Shown in pieces: positions 8,204-15,929 of a stretch of DNA of 19,466 nt (the first letter of the stretch is position 1; each line of letters begins with the position of its first letter). The notes under the pieces were generated by a model. It did no database searches. It was not told the DNA's origin and worked only from the letters and a program-made list of their open reading frames with translations. The translations under genes and the position numbers were made by a program. This DNA is from a virus (lineage: Duplodnaviria; Heunggongvirae; Uroviricota; Caudoviricetes), in the IMG/VR virus record IMGVR_UViG_2531839662_000028, positions 1 to 19,466 of that record; one strand, 5' to 3'.

Positions 8204-8258
8204 ATGCCTCCGGCACCATGAAGCAGACCACGTTTAACTCTGCTTCACAGGTGTTTTT

Positions 8259-8846
8259 ATGGAAAATCAAAAATTCTCCCCGGCCTTTGAACATGCGCTG
8301 AATTTTATTCTGCGTCCTGATATCGAAGGCGTTTATGTCAATGACCCCACTGACCGTGGCGGTGAAACCAAATACGGCATTTCTGACCGCCGCGACGGTG
8401 TGATTGACGGCAAAACCGATGTCAGCGGTGACGGCAAACCGGATACCCGCATCAAAGATTTAACCCGCGAACAGGTCGCGCAGATTTACTGGCGCGATTA
8501 CTGGCTGCCTGCCGGATGTGACCAGTGGCCTGATGGCGTGGCGATGTTTGTTTTCGATGCAGCGGTTCAGCATGGCGTTAAAAAAGCCATCAAAATTTTG
8601 CAGGAAGCCACTGATATCAATGCCGATGGCATCATCGGCCCGCGCACCCGCAGGGCCGTGAACCTGGCTGACCAGAACTGGTTGCTGACCCGCTGTATTG
8701 TCCGTCGTTCCCGCTTTTATGCCGAAATCATCAAATCAAAACCCGCCCAGGGCAAATACCTGAACGGCTGGTTTAACCGCATGGAAAAACTGACCGACGC
8801 CTGTCTGGAAATCATCGACAACGCGCCGTCCACCACGCGGGGGTGA
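8259..8846 (+). CDS. Endolysin, GH108-type muramidase with C-terminal peptidoglycan-binding domain, 195 aa
   Basis: N-terminal motif EGVYVNDPTDRGGETKYGI matches the GH108 signature; C-terminal DGIIGPRT resembles the peptidoglycan-binding module. No signal peptide or TM segment. Confidence 0.85.
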   Translation: MENQKFSPAFEHALNFILRPDIEGVYVNDPTDRGGETKYGISDRRDGVIDGKTDVSGDGKPDTRIKDLTREQVAQIYWRDYWLPAGCDQWPDGVAMFVFDAAVQHGVKKAIKILQEATDINADGIIGPRTRRAVNLADQNWLLTRCIVRRSRFYAEIIKSKPAQGKYLNGWFNRMEKLTDACLEIIDNAPSTTRG

Positions 8847-8847
8847 T

Positions 8848-9099
8848 ATGGGCAAAGGCTGGGATGCCTCACTGAAAGCCGGGCGGCGTGACCGCCTGCG
8901 TCAGGAGGTTCTGCACCGCATGGCCGGAGGTCCGTCCCCGAAACCGCTGGACTATACCGGCCATGACGGCACACACGCCAGCTACTACATGCGTGGCTGG
9001 AACTCCGTGGATACACGGGACATTTTCTGGCAGTGCCAGAAGTACAGGGAAAAATTCAATGTGGAAAAAGGTAATGAACAAAATTTTAAAACTGTGTGA
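8848..9099 (+). CDS. Hypothetical basic protein in lysis cassette, 83 aa
   Basis: ATG 2 nt after the endolysin stop; good enterobacterial codon usage (CTG, GCC, AAA) through most of the ORF; no TM segment. Confidence 0.45.
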   Translation: MGKGWDASLKAGRRDRLRQEVLHRMAGGPSPKPLDYTGHDGTHASYYMRGWNSVDTRDIFWQCQKYREKFNVEKGNEQNFKTV

Positions 9100-9484
9100 C
9101 TGGCTGCTTTGTTCCCGACTGATGAGAACCCCATGGCCGCTGGCCGGACTGACACTCTGCATGTTCATCATCAGCATGTTATGTGGCTGGCGATCGTTCG
9201 TGTTGATGTTGTTGTCCTTTGCCGGGGTGGTGTTGTTTTCATACAGCGCAAGCCTCGGGAATGTGCCATTTCGCCTGCTGCCTGAGGTCCGTTACCGGGC
9301 TTTTGGTCGCCACATCATCGTGTGGTCATGGGTGGTCTGGGCGCTGGGATATTTCTGCTGCGTCTTCAGCACGCTGATGATGGTGTCACCGGTGCATCCG
9401 GTGTTCTGGCTGTGTGGTGGCTGTTGCGGCGGTCTGCTCTGTCTTCAGCGTTATCTGTATGGAGGTTTCCCGTGGATCCGTTAA
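9059..9484 (+). CDS. Multi-pass membrane protein (about four TM segments), Cys/Trp-rich; candidate holin, 142 aa
   Basis: Only + frame covering 9100-9470 with host-like codon usage. Hydrophobic segments PWPLAGLTLCMFIISMLCGW, FVLMLLSFAGVVLFSY, IIVWSWVVWALGYFCCVF, VFWLCGGCCGGLLCL. Start at internal ATG 9059 (AGGGA upstream) chosen because the upstream part of the track ORF overlaps the better-supported frame-1 gene. Confidence 0.55.
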   Translation: MWKKVMNKILKLCDWLLCSRLMRTPWPLAGLTLCMFIISMLCGWRSFVLMLLSFAGVVLFSYSASLGNVPFRLLPEVRYRAFGRHIIVWSWVVWALGYFCCVFSTLMMVSPVHPVFWLCGGCCGGLLCLQRYLYGGFPWIR

Positions 9485-10080
9485 CCCTTTCAGGCATCGC
9501 CTCTGTTCTGCTGAAAGCCGGGCCGGGGCTGATTCGTTCCGTCGGGCGCTGGTTTGGTGGCAGTACATCTGCCGCCGCTGACTCGGTGGCCGGTATGGTG
9601 GAAAGCGTCCGGGAAAGCCTTCCCGTTGCTGAACAGCAACGCATTCTGGAACAAAAACTGGTGATGCTGTCACCGGAGCAACTGGTGCAACTGGAAACCC
9701 TGAAAATTCAGCTGCAACAGCTGGAGGTGGAACGGCAGAAGCTGGTGCTGGCTGACCAGCAGGCCGCACACCACGAACAGCAGGAAACCATCCGCAATGG
9801 TGACAACGCCACGGACAGCTATGTGCGCCAGACACGCCCGCTGCTGGCCCGCCTTTCCTGTTACAGCAGTCTGGCCTATGTGCTGTTGCTCTCCTGCGGC
9901 CAGATTGCCGGAGCCATTGCCGGTGCCAGAGGTATCACGCTGCATATGCCATCACCGGACTGGGATATCACGCTGATGTTGCTTACCCCGGCGCTGGGCT
10001 ATCTCGGTGTAAGAACCCTTGACGGCTTTGCCCGTTACAGCAAATCAAGCCGTCACAAAATGTCTGCGGGGCCGAAATGA
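9472..10080 (+). CDS. Membrane-associated coiled-coil protein, lysis-associated candidate (spanin- or holin-like), 202 aa
   Basis: GTG start at 9472 preceded by GGAGG (9462-9466). Hydrophobic N-terminus, Q/E/L-rich coiled-coil middle, C-terminal hydrophobic segments. Confidence 0.5.
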   Translation: MDPLTLSGIASVLLKAGPGLIRSVGRWFGGSTSAAADSVAGMVESVRESLPVAEQQRILEQKLVMLSPEQLVQLETLKIQLQQLEVERQKLVLADQQAAHHEQQETIRNGDNATDSYVRQTRPLLARLSCYSSLAYVLLLSCGQIAGAIAGARGITLHMPSPDWDITLMLLTPALGYLGVRTLDGFARYSKSSRHKMSAGPK

Positions 10081-10304
10081 CCGACGAAATCGATCGCATC
10101 AGTGAAGTGGTTCTGAACGAGCGTCAGAGCGTCGTTAAAGCCTGGCAGACACGGACAAAAGAAACGCCCCACAGCCGGGGCTTCTGCAATGACTGCGGGA
10201 ACGTTATTCCGGCACAGCGCCTTGCGGCGCTGCCGGATGTGGTGACCTGTATTGACTGTCAGCAGATGCGGGAACGCAGGAGGAAAACGTGTCCTGGGAA
10301 ATGA
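10077..10304 (+). CDS. TraR/DksA-family C4 zinc-finger protein, 75 aa
   Basis: CxxC-x16-CxxC arrangement (CNDCGN...CIDCQ) in a ~75-aa protein, characteristic of TraR/DksA-like zinc fingers. ATGA overlap with the preceding gene. Confidence 0.75.
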   Translation: MTDEIDRISEVVLNERQSVVKAWQTRTKETPHSRGFCNDCGNVIPAQRLAALPDVVTCIDCQQMRERRRKTCPGK

Positions 10305-10594
10305 TCAGAGCCAACTGGCCCATTCTGTGGGCATTGCTGATGACAGGAATAAACCTGCTTCAGTTGATTCTGGCAAAGACCTACGTCAAGCGCGAAGAGT
10401 TTGATTTGCTGCGTTCCCGCGTGTCGGTGATGGAAAGCCAGGTACATCAGCTACCTGATCGTGATGAGTTCCACCGCCTGCAACTGGATATCAGCAACCT
10501 GCGGGGAGAAATCAAAGAGCTGGGGCCATCCATCCGCCAGGTATCCCGCATCAGCGATTTGTTATTAGAGAACGAGTTAAAGGAAAAAAATTAA
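10289..10594 (+). CDS. Small membrane-anchored coiled-coil protein (Mu gp25-like by position), 101 aa
   Basis: GTG start at 10289 preceded by AGGAGG (10278-10283). One N-terminal TM segment (WPILWALLMTGINLLQLIL) followed by a coiled coil. Confidence 0.6.
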   Translation: MSWEMIRANWPILWALLMTGINLLQLILAKTYVKREEFDLLRSRVSVMESQVHQLPDRDEFHRLQLDISNLRGEIKELGPSIRQVSRISDLLLENELKEKN

Positions 10595-10887
10595 TGGCGA
10601 TGAAAGAGATCCTCACTGAAGACCGTCGTCTGGTGTTGCTGCGTTCCCTGCTGGATTGTGGCGACAGTGCGAATGAATCCGTGTTGCAGACCTGCCTTCA
10701 GGCCTACGGTCATAAGGTATCCCGTGATGTGGTGCGCACCCAGCTTGCATGGCTGCGCGAGCAGGGGCTGGTTCGTCTGTCTGATGTGGGCGGCTGTTAC
10801 GTGGCTGAAATCACCGGCAGCGGCGAGGATGTGGCAAACGGCCTGTCCAGCGTTCCGGGCGTTAAAAAACCCCGTGCGAGGGACTGA
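10594..10887 (+). CDS. Hypothetical protein, 97 aa
   Basis: ORF with ATG overlapping the preceding TAA; host-like codon usage; part of the co-directional late block before terminase. Confidence 0.6.
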   Translation: MAMKEILTEDRRLVLLRSLLDCGDSANESVLQTCLQAYGHKVSRDVVRTQLAWLREQGLVRLSDVGGCYVAEITGSGEDVANGLSSVPGVKKPRARD

Positions 10888-10889
10888 GC

Positions 10890-11189
10890 ATGGCCCGAAA
10901 ACTGAAGCCGTTAAGTCGCGGAGAACGGGCCGTCGTGCGGCAACTGGCGTACTGCCTTGTGCTGGCAGATATTGAGCAAAACGCCATTGTCCGTGCATAC
11001 GAACAACAGACCGGAAAGCCCTGGAACCCGGATGCACCGGATACCCCCATGAAACGTGCCCTGCGTTCATCACCGGCATGTGCGCGGCTGTGGAAGCTGC
11101 TGGGTAAGGATATCCGCTCCGTTCGCGAAGAAATATACGCCGGTCTGAAAACACCGGGAACTGAAGACGGGGGCCGTCGTGAACCGTAA
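10890..11189 (+). CDS. Hypothetical protein, 99 aa
   Basis: ORF with GAGGGA RBS 8 nt upstream of the ATG; host-like codon usage. Confidence 0.6.
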   Translation: MARKLKPLSRGERAVVRQLAYCLVLADIEQNAIVRAYEQQTGKPWNPDAPDTPMKRALRSSPACARLWKLLGKDIRSVREEIYAGLKTPGTEDGGRREP

Positions 11190-11326
11190 AAAGAATCCGA
11201 TAAGTAAAGCGTCCCGTGATGAACTCCGCCGTCTGGCGCACAACCTGACATGGCGGGAAATCCAGAGCGGCGCACTGAAATCTGCATACGAAAGTTTACA
11301 GCGTAGTGAGCAACAGGAGGGCACAC

Positions 11327-11908
11327 ATGGAAAATGAACAACGCCCCACCCGTGGCCGTCTTTCCAAAGTGGATTTACTCCCGGACAGCATCCGGGAGCA
11401 GTTGCATCAGATGCTGCGGGAAAAGCGGCACACGCAGGAAGAAATCCGCGAAGCCATCAACGCCCTGATTGACGAACACAACCTGCCGGAAGAGATGCAG
11501 TTAAGCCGGACGGGCTTAAACCGCTATGCCATCCGCATGGAAAAAGTCGGGGCAAAAATCCGTGCCTCCCGCGAAATGGCCGAAGTCTGGGCGGCAAAGC
11601 TGGGTTCCGCGCCGACGTCAGACGTCGGCAAACTGCTGATGGAGTTTGTAAAAACGCTGGCTTTTGAAACGTCCATGTCGATGGCAGAAGACGACAAGCC
11701 CGTTGCACCGAAGGCGCTGGGGCAACTGGCGCTGGTTGCCCAGCGTCTGGAAGCGGCAGCCATGACCAGCCATAAACGCGAGAAAGCGATCCGTGATGCG
11801 TTTGCGCAGGAGATGGCAGAGAAAACCGAAGAACTGGTCAGAACGGGCGGTCTGTCAGGCGGTGCGGCTGACACCATCAAACGAGACATTCTGGGGATTA
11901 GCGTATGA
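11327..11908 (+). CDS. Terminase small subunit-like protein (Mu gp27 position), 193 aa
   Basis: Immediately upstream of and overlapping the large terminase. AGGAGG at 11315-11320 supports the ATG at 11327 rather than the track's upstream start at 11306 (GTG). Confidence 0.65.
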   Translation: MENEQRPTRGRLSKVDLLPDSIREQLHQMLREKRHTQEEIREAINALIDEHNLPEEMQLSRTGLNRYAIRMEKVGAKIRASREMAEVWAAKLGSAPTSDVGKLLMEFVKTLAFETSMSMAEDDKPVAPKALGQLALVAQRLEAAAMTSHKREKAIRDAFAQEMAEKTEELVRTGGLSGGAADTIKRDILGISV

Positions 11909-13440
11909 CACAAATGGATACGTTCAGTGAATATGATGTTCTGCTGCCGTATCAGAAACGCTGGGTGGCGGATGATGCCGACCTGAAAATTGCCGAGAAA
12001 TCCCGCCGTACCGGTTTAACCTGGGCGGAAGCGGCGGATGCGGCACTGACGGCATCACTGAAGAAGGAAGACGGCGGGCGCGATCACTTTTATATCGGTT
12101 CGAATAAGGAGATGGCCCGCGAATTTATCGACGCCGTGGCGATGTGGGCGAAAGCGTTTAATGCGGCAGCGGAAGAAATCTGCGAGGAAGTGATCACCGA
12201 CGAAGACAAGGACATTCTGACGTTCGTCGTGTACTTCGCCAGCGGTTTTAAGGTCAAGGCATTGTCCAGCAACCCGAGCAACATTCGCGGGATGCAGGGG
12301 AATGTCACCATCGACGAGGCCGCGTTCCATGAAAAACTGGACGAGCTGCTGAAGGCTGTGCTGCCGCTGAAAACATGGGGCGGCAAAATTCGCCTTATTT
12401 CCACCCATGACGGCGTGGACAACCTGTTTAACCAGCTGATTCAGGAAAGCCGCGCGGGCAAAAAAGATTACAGCATTCACACCATCACGCTGGATGACGC
12501 CTGCAATGACGGGCTGTACCGGCGTATCTGTCAGGTGCGCGGCATGGTGTGGTCACCGGAAGCCGAAGCGGAATGGAAAGAAGGTCTGCTGCGAAATACC
12601 GCCACCCGCGAAGACGCACTGGAAGAATATTACTGCGTCCCGAAAAACGGCGGCGGCACGTATATCCCCCGCTCACTGCGTGAACGTGCGGCCCGTGGCA
12701 CCGGGAAAGTGTTGCGCTTTACCGGCACACCGGAATTTAACGCACTGACGGAAAGCCAGCGCCGGGCAGATATCCGGGAATGGCTGGAAACAGTGGTGCG
12801 CCCTGAACTGGAAAAACTCCCGAAGAACCTGCGCCACTGTCTGGGGGAAGACTTTGCGCGTTCGGGTGACCTGACCGTACTGGCCCCGGTGACGGTGAAC
12901 GATGACACCACCCGCGAGGTGCCGTTTCTGGTTGAGCTTGGCAATGTGCCGTTTAAACAGCAGGAGCAGGTGCTGTTCTGGCTTTGCGATCGTCTGCCCC
13001 GCCGTGACGGCATCAAAATGGATGCGCGGGGGAATGGTCAGTATCTGGCAGAACAGGCGGCGGAGCGGTACGGCGACGAAGTGGAACAGGTGATGCTGTC
13101 CGTGGCGTTCTACCGCGAAAACATGCCCCGTTTCCGTGCGGCGTTTGAAGATGATGAGCTGATCCTTCCGAAGCATGAAGACGTGATCAATGACCTCGGG
13201 GCCATTCAGTTACTGCGTGGCGTTCCCGGCATTGATGATTCACGAACCCGTGGCAGCGACGGTCACAAACGTCACGGCGACGCCGCTGTGGCCATTTTCC
13301 TGGGCTTCCTGGCCAGCAAGGATGACTGCCACCGTTACGAACTGCACCGCCTGAACCGCCCGGCGAAACCGGAAGAACGCAACGCGCGCCGCCAGATGAA
13401 GCTGACGCGCGGCCTGAAAAATGAGGGAGGTTTACTGTGA
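11905..13440 (+). CDS. Terminase large subunit (Mu gp28-like), 511 aa
   Basis: 511-aa protein between small terminase and portal; overall resemblance to Mu-like large terminases; ATGA overlap with the upstream gene. Confidence 0.88.
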   Translation: MTQMDTFSEYDVLLPYQKRWVADDADLKIAEKSRRTGLTWAEAADAALTASLKKEDGGRDHFYIGSNKEMAREFIDAVAMWAKAFNAAAEEICEEVITDEDKDILTFVVYFASGFKVKALSSNPSNIRGMQGNVTIDEAAFHEKLDELLKAVLPLKTWGGKIRLISTHDGVDNLFNQLIQESRAGKKDYSIHTITLDDACNDGLYRRICQVRGMVWSPEAEAEWKEGLLRNTATREDALEEYYCVPKNGGGTYIPRSLRERAARGTGKVLRFTGTPEFNALTESQRRADIREWLETVVRPELEKLPKNLRHCLGEDFARSGDLTVLAPVTVNDDTTREVPFLVELGNVPFKQQEQVLFWLCDRLPRRDGIKMDARGNGQYLAEQAAERYGDEVEQVMLSVAFYRENMPRFRAAFEDDELILPKHEDVINDLGAIQLLRGVPGIDDSRTRGSDGHKRHGDAAVAIFLGFLASKDDCHRYELHRLNRPAKPEERNARRQMKLTRGLKNEGGLL

Positions 13441-15008
13441 ACCTGAAACAACTGGCCGGGGCCGTTCGCCGTCTGCTGAACCCGGCAACCGGTGAGGAAG
13501 ACACACTGAAAAAAGAGGCGCTCAACGAAGCACAGGCCCGTCCGCGTCATGCCGGTGTGCGTTCGGCCTCGCCGGGTATCAGCGTCGCCTCCGGGCTGAA
13601 CCCCGGCAGGCTGGCAGGCATTCTGCGCAATGCCGCCGACGGCATCACACGTGATTTTTTTATCCTTGCTGAAGAGATGGAAGAACGCGATTTGCATTAC
13701 GCCTCGGTGCTGCGCACCCGCAAGCTGACGGTGGCGGGTATCGAACCGGTGGTGGTGGCCGCCAGTGATGACGATGCTGACGTGCAACTGGCGGACGCCA
13801 TCCGTGCGCTGATGGAAGCCCCGCAAATCCCTGAGCTGATGTTTGATTTGCTCGACGGGCTGGGAAAAGGCGTGGCGGTCTGTGAAATCCTGTGGGACAC
13901 CCGCAACAACCACTGGATGCCCCGTGATTATGAATGGGTTGATCCCCGTTTTCTGAAAGCCGAAAAACCCACGCTGCACCAGTTCCGCCTGCTGACTGAC
14001 GATGAACCGGTGGATGGCGTACCGCTGACACCGGGAAAATTCATTGTTCACCAGCCGCGCCTGAAATCCGGTCTGCCGTTGCGTAACGGTCTGGCCCGTC
14101 TGGTGGCGGTGATGTACATGCTGAAATCCTTTACCGTGCGCGACTGGTGGGCATTCGCGGAAAAATTTGGCATTCCGGTCACGGTGGGGAAATACGGTCC
14201 CAACGCCACGGAGGAGCAAATCCGCGTACTGATTGATGCGATTGCCTCCATTGCCTCGGATGCCGGGTGTGCCATTCCGCAGTCCATGCAACTGGAAATG
14301 AAGGAAACCGCCAGCAGGAATAACGGCGGCGCACTGTTCCGTGAAATGGCGGAATGGTGTGATGCACAAATCAGTAAGGCTGTGCTGGGGCAGACCATGA
14401 CCACGGATAACGGCAGTTCGCGTTCACAGGCGGACGTGCACAATCAGGTGCGCATGGACATTGTGCGCTGGGACGCGCGGCAGCTGGCTAACACGCTGAA
14501 TGAATATCTGGTACGCCCCTACATTGAGGCCAACTACGGGCCACAGGCGCACTACCCCCGTGTTGTTCTGCGTATCAGTGAAGCGGAAGATTTGAAGGCG
14601 CTGACAGACGCTCTGGTGCCACTGATTGACCGGGGGATGCGGGTTCAGGAATCGGAGCTGCGGGACCGGTTCGGCCTGGCTGAACCGGACGACGGGGCTG
14701 ATGTTCTGCATCCGGTGTCTGCCGGAATGTCAGGTGATATGGCGATGAACCGCGAGCGCGTCGCCCTGAACCGTGAACACCCCGATGAACTGGCACAGAT
14801 GGTGGATGATGCCCTGCGTGACTGGCAGAAAACCGGCGAGGCGTTCACGAACCCGGTGCTGACACTGGCGCAGGAATGCGACAGTTTTGATGACTTTCTG
14901 AAACGTCTGCCTGAGCTTCAGGAAACGCTGAACGCGGACGACTTTGCCCTGCAACTGGCGGAGGTGTGCTTTAAGGCGCGTGTGCTGGGGGACACTGCTC
15001 ATGCGTGA
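13437..15008 (+). CDS. H: Portal protein (Mu gp29/H-like, DUF935-type), 523 aa
   Basis: 523-aa protein following terminase. GTG start at 13437 preceded by GAGGGAGG (13423-13430), overlapping the terminase stop. Confidence 0.85.
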   Translation: MNLKQLAGAVRRLLNPATGEEDTLKKEALNEAQARPRHAGVRSASPGISVASGLNPGRLAGILRNAADGITRDFFILAEEMEERDLHYASVLRTRKLTVAGIEPVVVAASDDDADVQLADAIRALMEAPQIPELMFDLLDGLGKGVAVCEILWDTRNNHWMPRDYEWVDPRFLKAEKPTLHQFRLLTDDEPVDGVPLTPGKFIVHQPRLKSGLPLRNGLARLVAVMYMLKSFTVRDWWAFAEKFGIPVTVGKYGPNATEEQIRVLIDAIASIASDAGCAIPQSMQLEMKETASRNNGGALFREMAEWCDAQISKAVLGQTMTTDNGSSRSQADVHNQVRMDIVRWDARQLANTLNEYLVRPYIEANYGPQAHYPRVVLRISEAEDLKALTDALVPLIDRGMRVQESELRDRFGLAEPDDGADVLHPVSAGMSGDMAMNRERVALNREHPDELAQMVDDALRDWQKTGEAFTNPVLTLAQECDSFDDFLKRLPELQETLNADDFALQLAEVCFKARVLGDTAHA

Positions 15009-15765
15009 AACTCTCATCCCGAAAGAGGCGCTGGCGTGGCTGAAGGCGAAGAAGCTGCGCCCCGGTTTTGATTACCGGGATGTATGGCGGGAAGAGCACC
15101 GGAACAGCTTCACCGTGGCAAAAATGCTGCAACTGGATTTGTTGTCGGATGTGAAAGCCCTTGTGGAAGACGCCCTGCAAAGCGGGCAGACGTTCAGCGA
15201 GTTCCGGGAGGCGCTGCAACCGCTGCTGATAAAACGCGGATGGTGGGGCGTTCAGGAGATGGATGATCCGCTGACGGGCGAAAGGCGCACCGTGCAACTG
15301 GGCAGCGACCGCCGCCTCCGCACGATTTTTGATACCAACATGCGCACCGCCCGCGCGGCGGGCCAGTGGGAACGCATTCAGCGGACAAAGCGGGCCATGC
15401 CGTATCTGATTTACGAGCTGGGACCATCCCGCGAGCACCGGGCGGAGCATGTGAAATGGGCGCGTCTGTGTCTGCCGGTAGATCATCCGTTCTGGCAGAC
15501 GCATTTCGCCCCTAACGGCTGGGGCTGCAAATGCACCATCCGTCAGGTCAGCCGTGGTGAATATGCGCAACTGGCGGCACAGGGCACCATTCACACCGAA
15601 GCGCCGGAAATCAGAACTGTCCGCTGGGTGAACAAACGCACGGGCGAAGAGGAAGAGGTGCCGGAAGGGATTGATCCGGGCTGGAACTACAATCCCGGTA
15701 TAAACCGTGAGCAGGAGCTGGTGCGCCAGCTGGCGACAAAACAGGCCCGTTTTGACAGTGAGTAA
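15001..15765 (+). CDS. F: Head morphogenesis protein, Mu F-like (shorter than Mu F), 254 aa
   Basis: Position directly after portal; start taken at ATG 15001 overlapping the portal stop. Family assignment rests mainly on synteny and is tentative. Confidence 0.65.
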   Translation: MRETLIPKEALAWLKAKKLRPGFDYRDVWREEHRNSFTVAKMLQLDLLSDVKALVEDALQSGQTFSEFREALQPLLIKRGWWGVQEMDDPLTGERRTVQLGSDRRLRTIFDTNMRTARAAGQWERIQRTKRAMPYLIYELGPSREHRAEHVKWARLCLPVDHPFWQTHFAPNGWGCKCTIRQVSRGEYAQLAAQGTIHTEAPEIRTVRWVNKRTGEEEEVPEGIDPGWNYNPGINREQELVRQLATKQARFDSE

Positions 15766-15788
15766 CCCTCCCGCCGTAAATCCCCCTG

Positions 15789-15812
15789 AAACGCATCAGA
15801 AACGCGTTTTTT
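15789..15812 (+). terminator. Intrinsic terminator candidate after F (AAACGC-atcagaaac-GCGTTT followed by T-run)
   Basis: 6-bp stem, 9-nt loop, then TTTTTT, about 25 nt after the F stop; overlaps a larger imperfect palindrome TCAGAA...TTCTGA. Confidence 0.5.
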
Positions 15813-15840
15813 ATTCTGATGGCGTGAATGTGCATTCTGA

Positions 15841-15882
15841 CGTTTTTGAAGATGCTGTGGCGTTTTTGAAGGGGTTTTGAAG
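15841..15882 (+). repeat. Three direct repeats of GTTTTTGAAG-like motif (CGTTTTTGAAG x2 spaced 20 bp, then GTTTTGAAG)
   Basis: Read directly from sequence, in the F-I intergenic region between two terminator-like hairpins; the 20-bp phasing of the first two copies suggests a protein-binding array. Confidence 0.4.
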
Positions 15883-15903
15883 GGGGTATTTCCCCGTTTT
15901 CAG

Positions 15904-15929
15904 TGAAGCCGGTAAATCCGGCTTTTTTT
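15904..15929 (+). terminator. Copy 2 of the repeated hairpin + T7 element, 50 nt upstream of the I start
   Basis: Identical 26-mer to 8178-8203; similarity continues on both sides (TTCA.TGAAGCC... and ...TTTTTTT.TGCCT.CCG.CA...TGA). Confidence 0.65.

Noticed and set aside
8888-9058. Upstream part of the track's 198-aa frame-2 ORF (before the internal ATG at 9059)
   Set aside because: This segment overlaps the better-supported frame-1 ORF 8848-9099 and translates to low-complexity Thr/Ala/Arg/Cys-rich sequence. The membrane protein most likely starts at ATG 9059.
9322-9471. Upstream part of the track's 252-aa ORF (before GTG 9472)
   Set aside because: Overlaps the C-terminal TM region of the membrane protein in another frame. 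A strong GGAGG RBS precedes the in-frame GTG at 9472, which is the more plausible start.
10591-11341. Minus-strand ORFs of 216 and 159 aa overlapping four + strand genes
   Set aside because: Antisense to a translationally coupled + strand gene series; low-complexity Arg/Ala/Gly/Ser/Pro-rich translations.
12055-13176. Several minus-strand ORFs (141, 110, 128 and 167 aa) inside the large terminase gene
   Set aside because: All overlap the large terminase ORF on the opposite strand; no independent support.
13335-14369. 344-aa minus-strand ORF inside the portal gene
   Set aside because: Lies entirely antisense to a well-supported + strand gene with RBS and operon context. Translation is Arg/Gly/His/Pro-rich and low-complexity, as expected for a shadow ORF in GC-rich coding DNA.
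14944-15000. Upstream start (14944) for the F-like ORF
   Set aside because: It would overlap 60 nt of the portal coding region. ATG 15001 gives the short overlap with the portal stop seen throughout this operon.
8178-15929. Two copies of the 26-nt hairpin as a CRISPR array, attachment-site duplication or insertion-sequence ends
   Set aside because: Only two copies, 7.7 kb apart, in direct orientation within a colinear phage operon. Each is a hairpin + T-tract in an intergenic spacer, so a terminator/promoter cassette fits better than a repeat array or mobile-element boundary.
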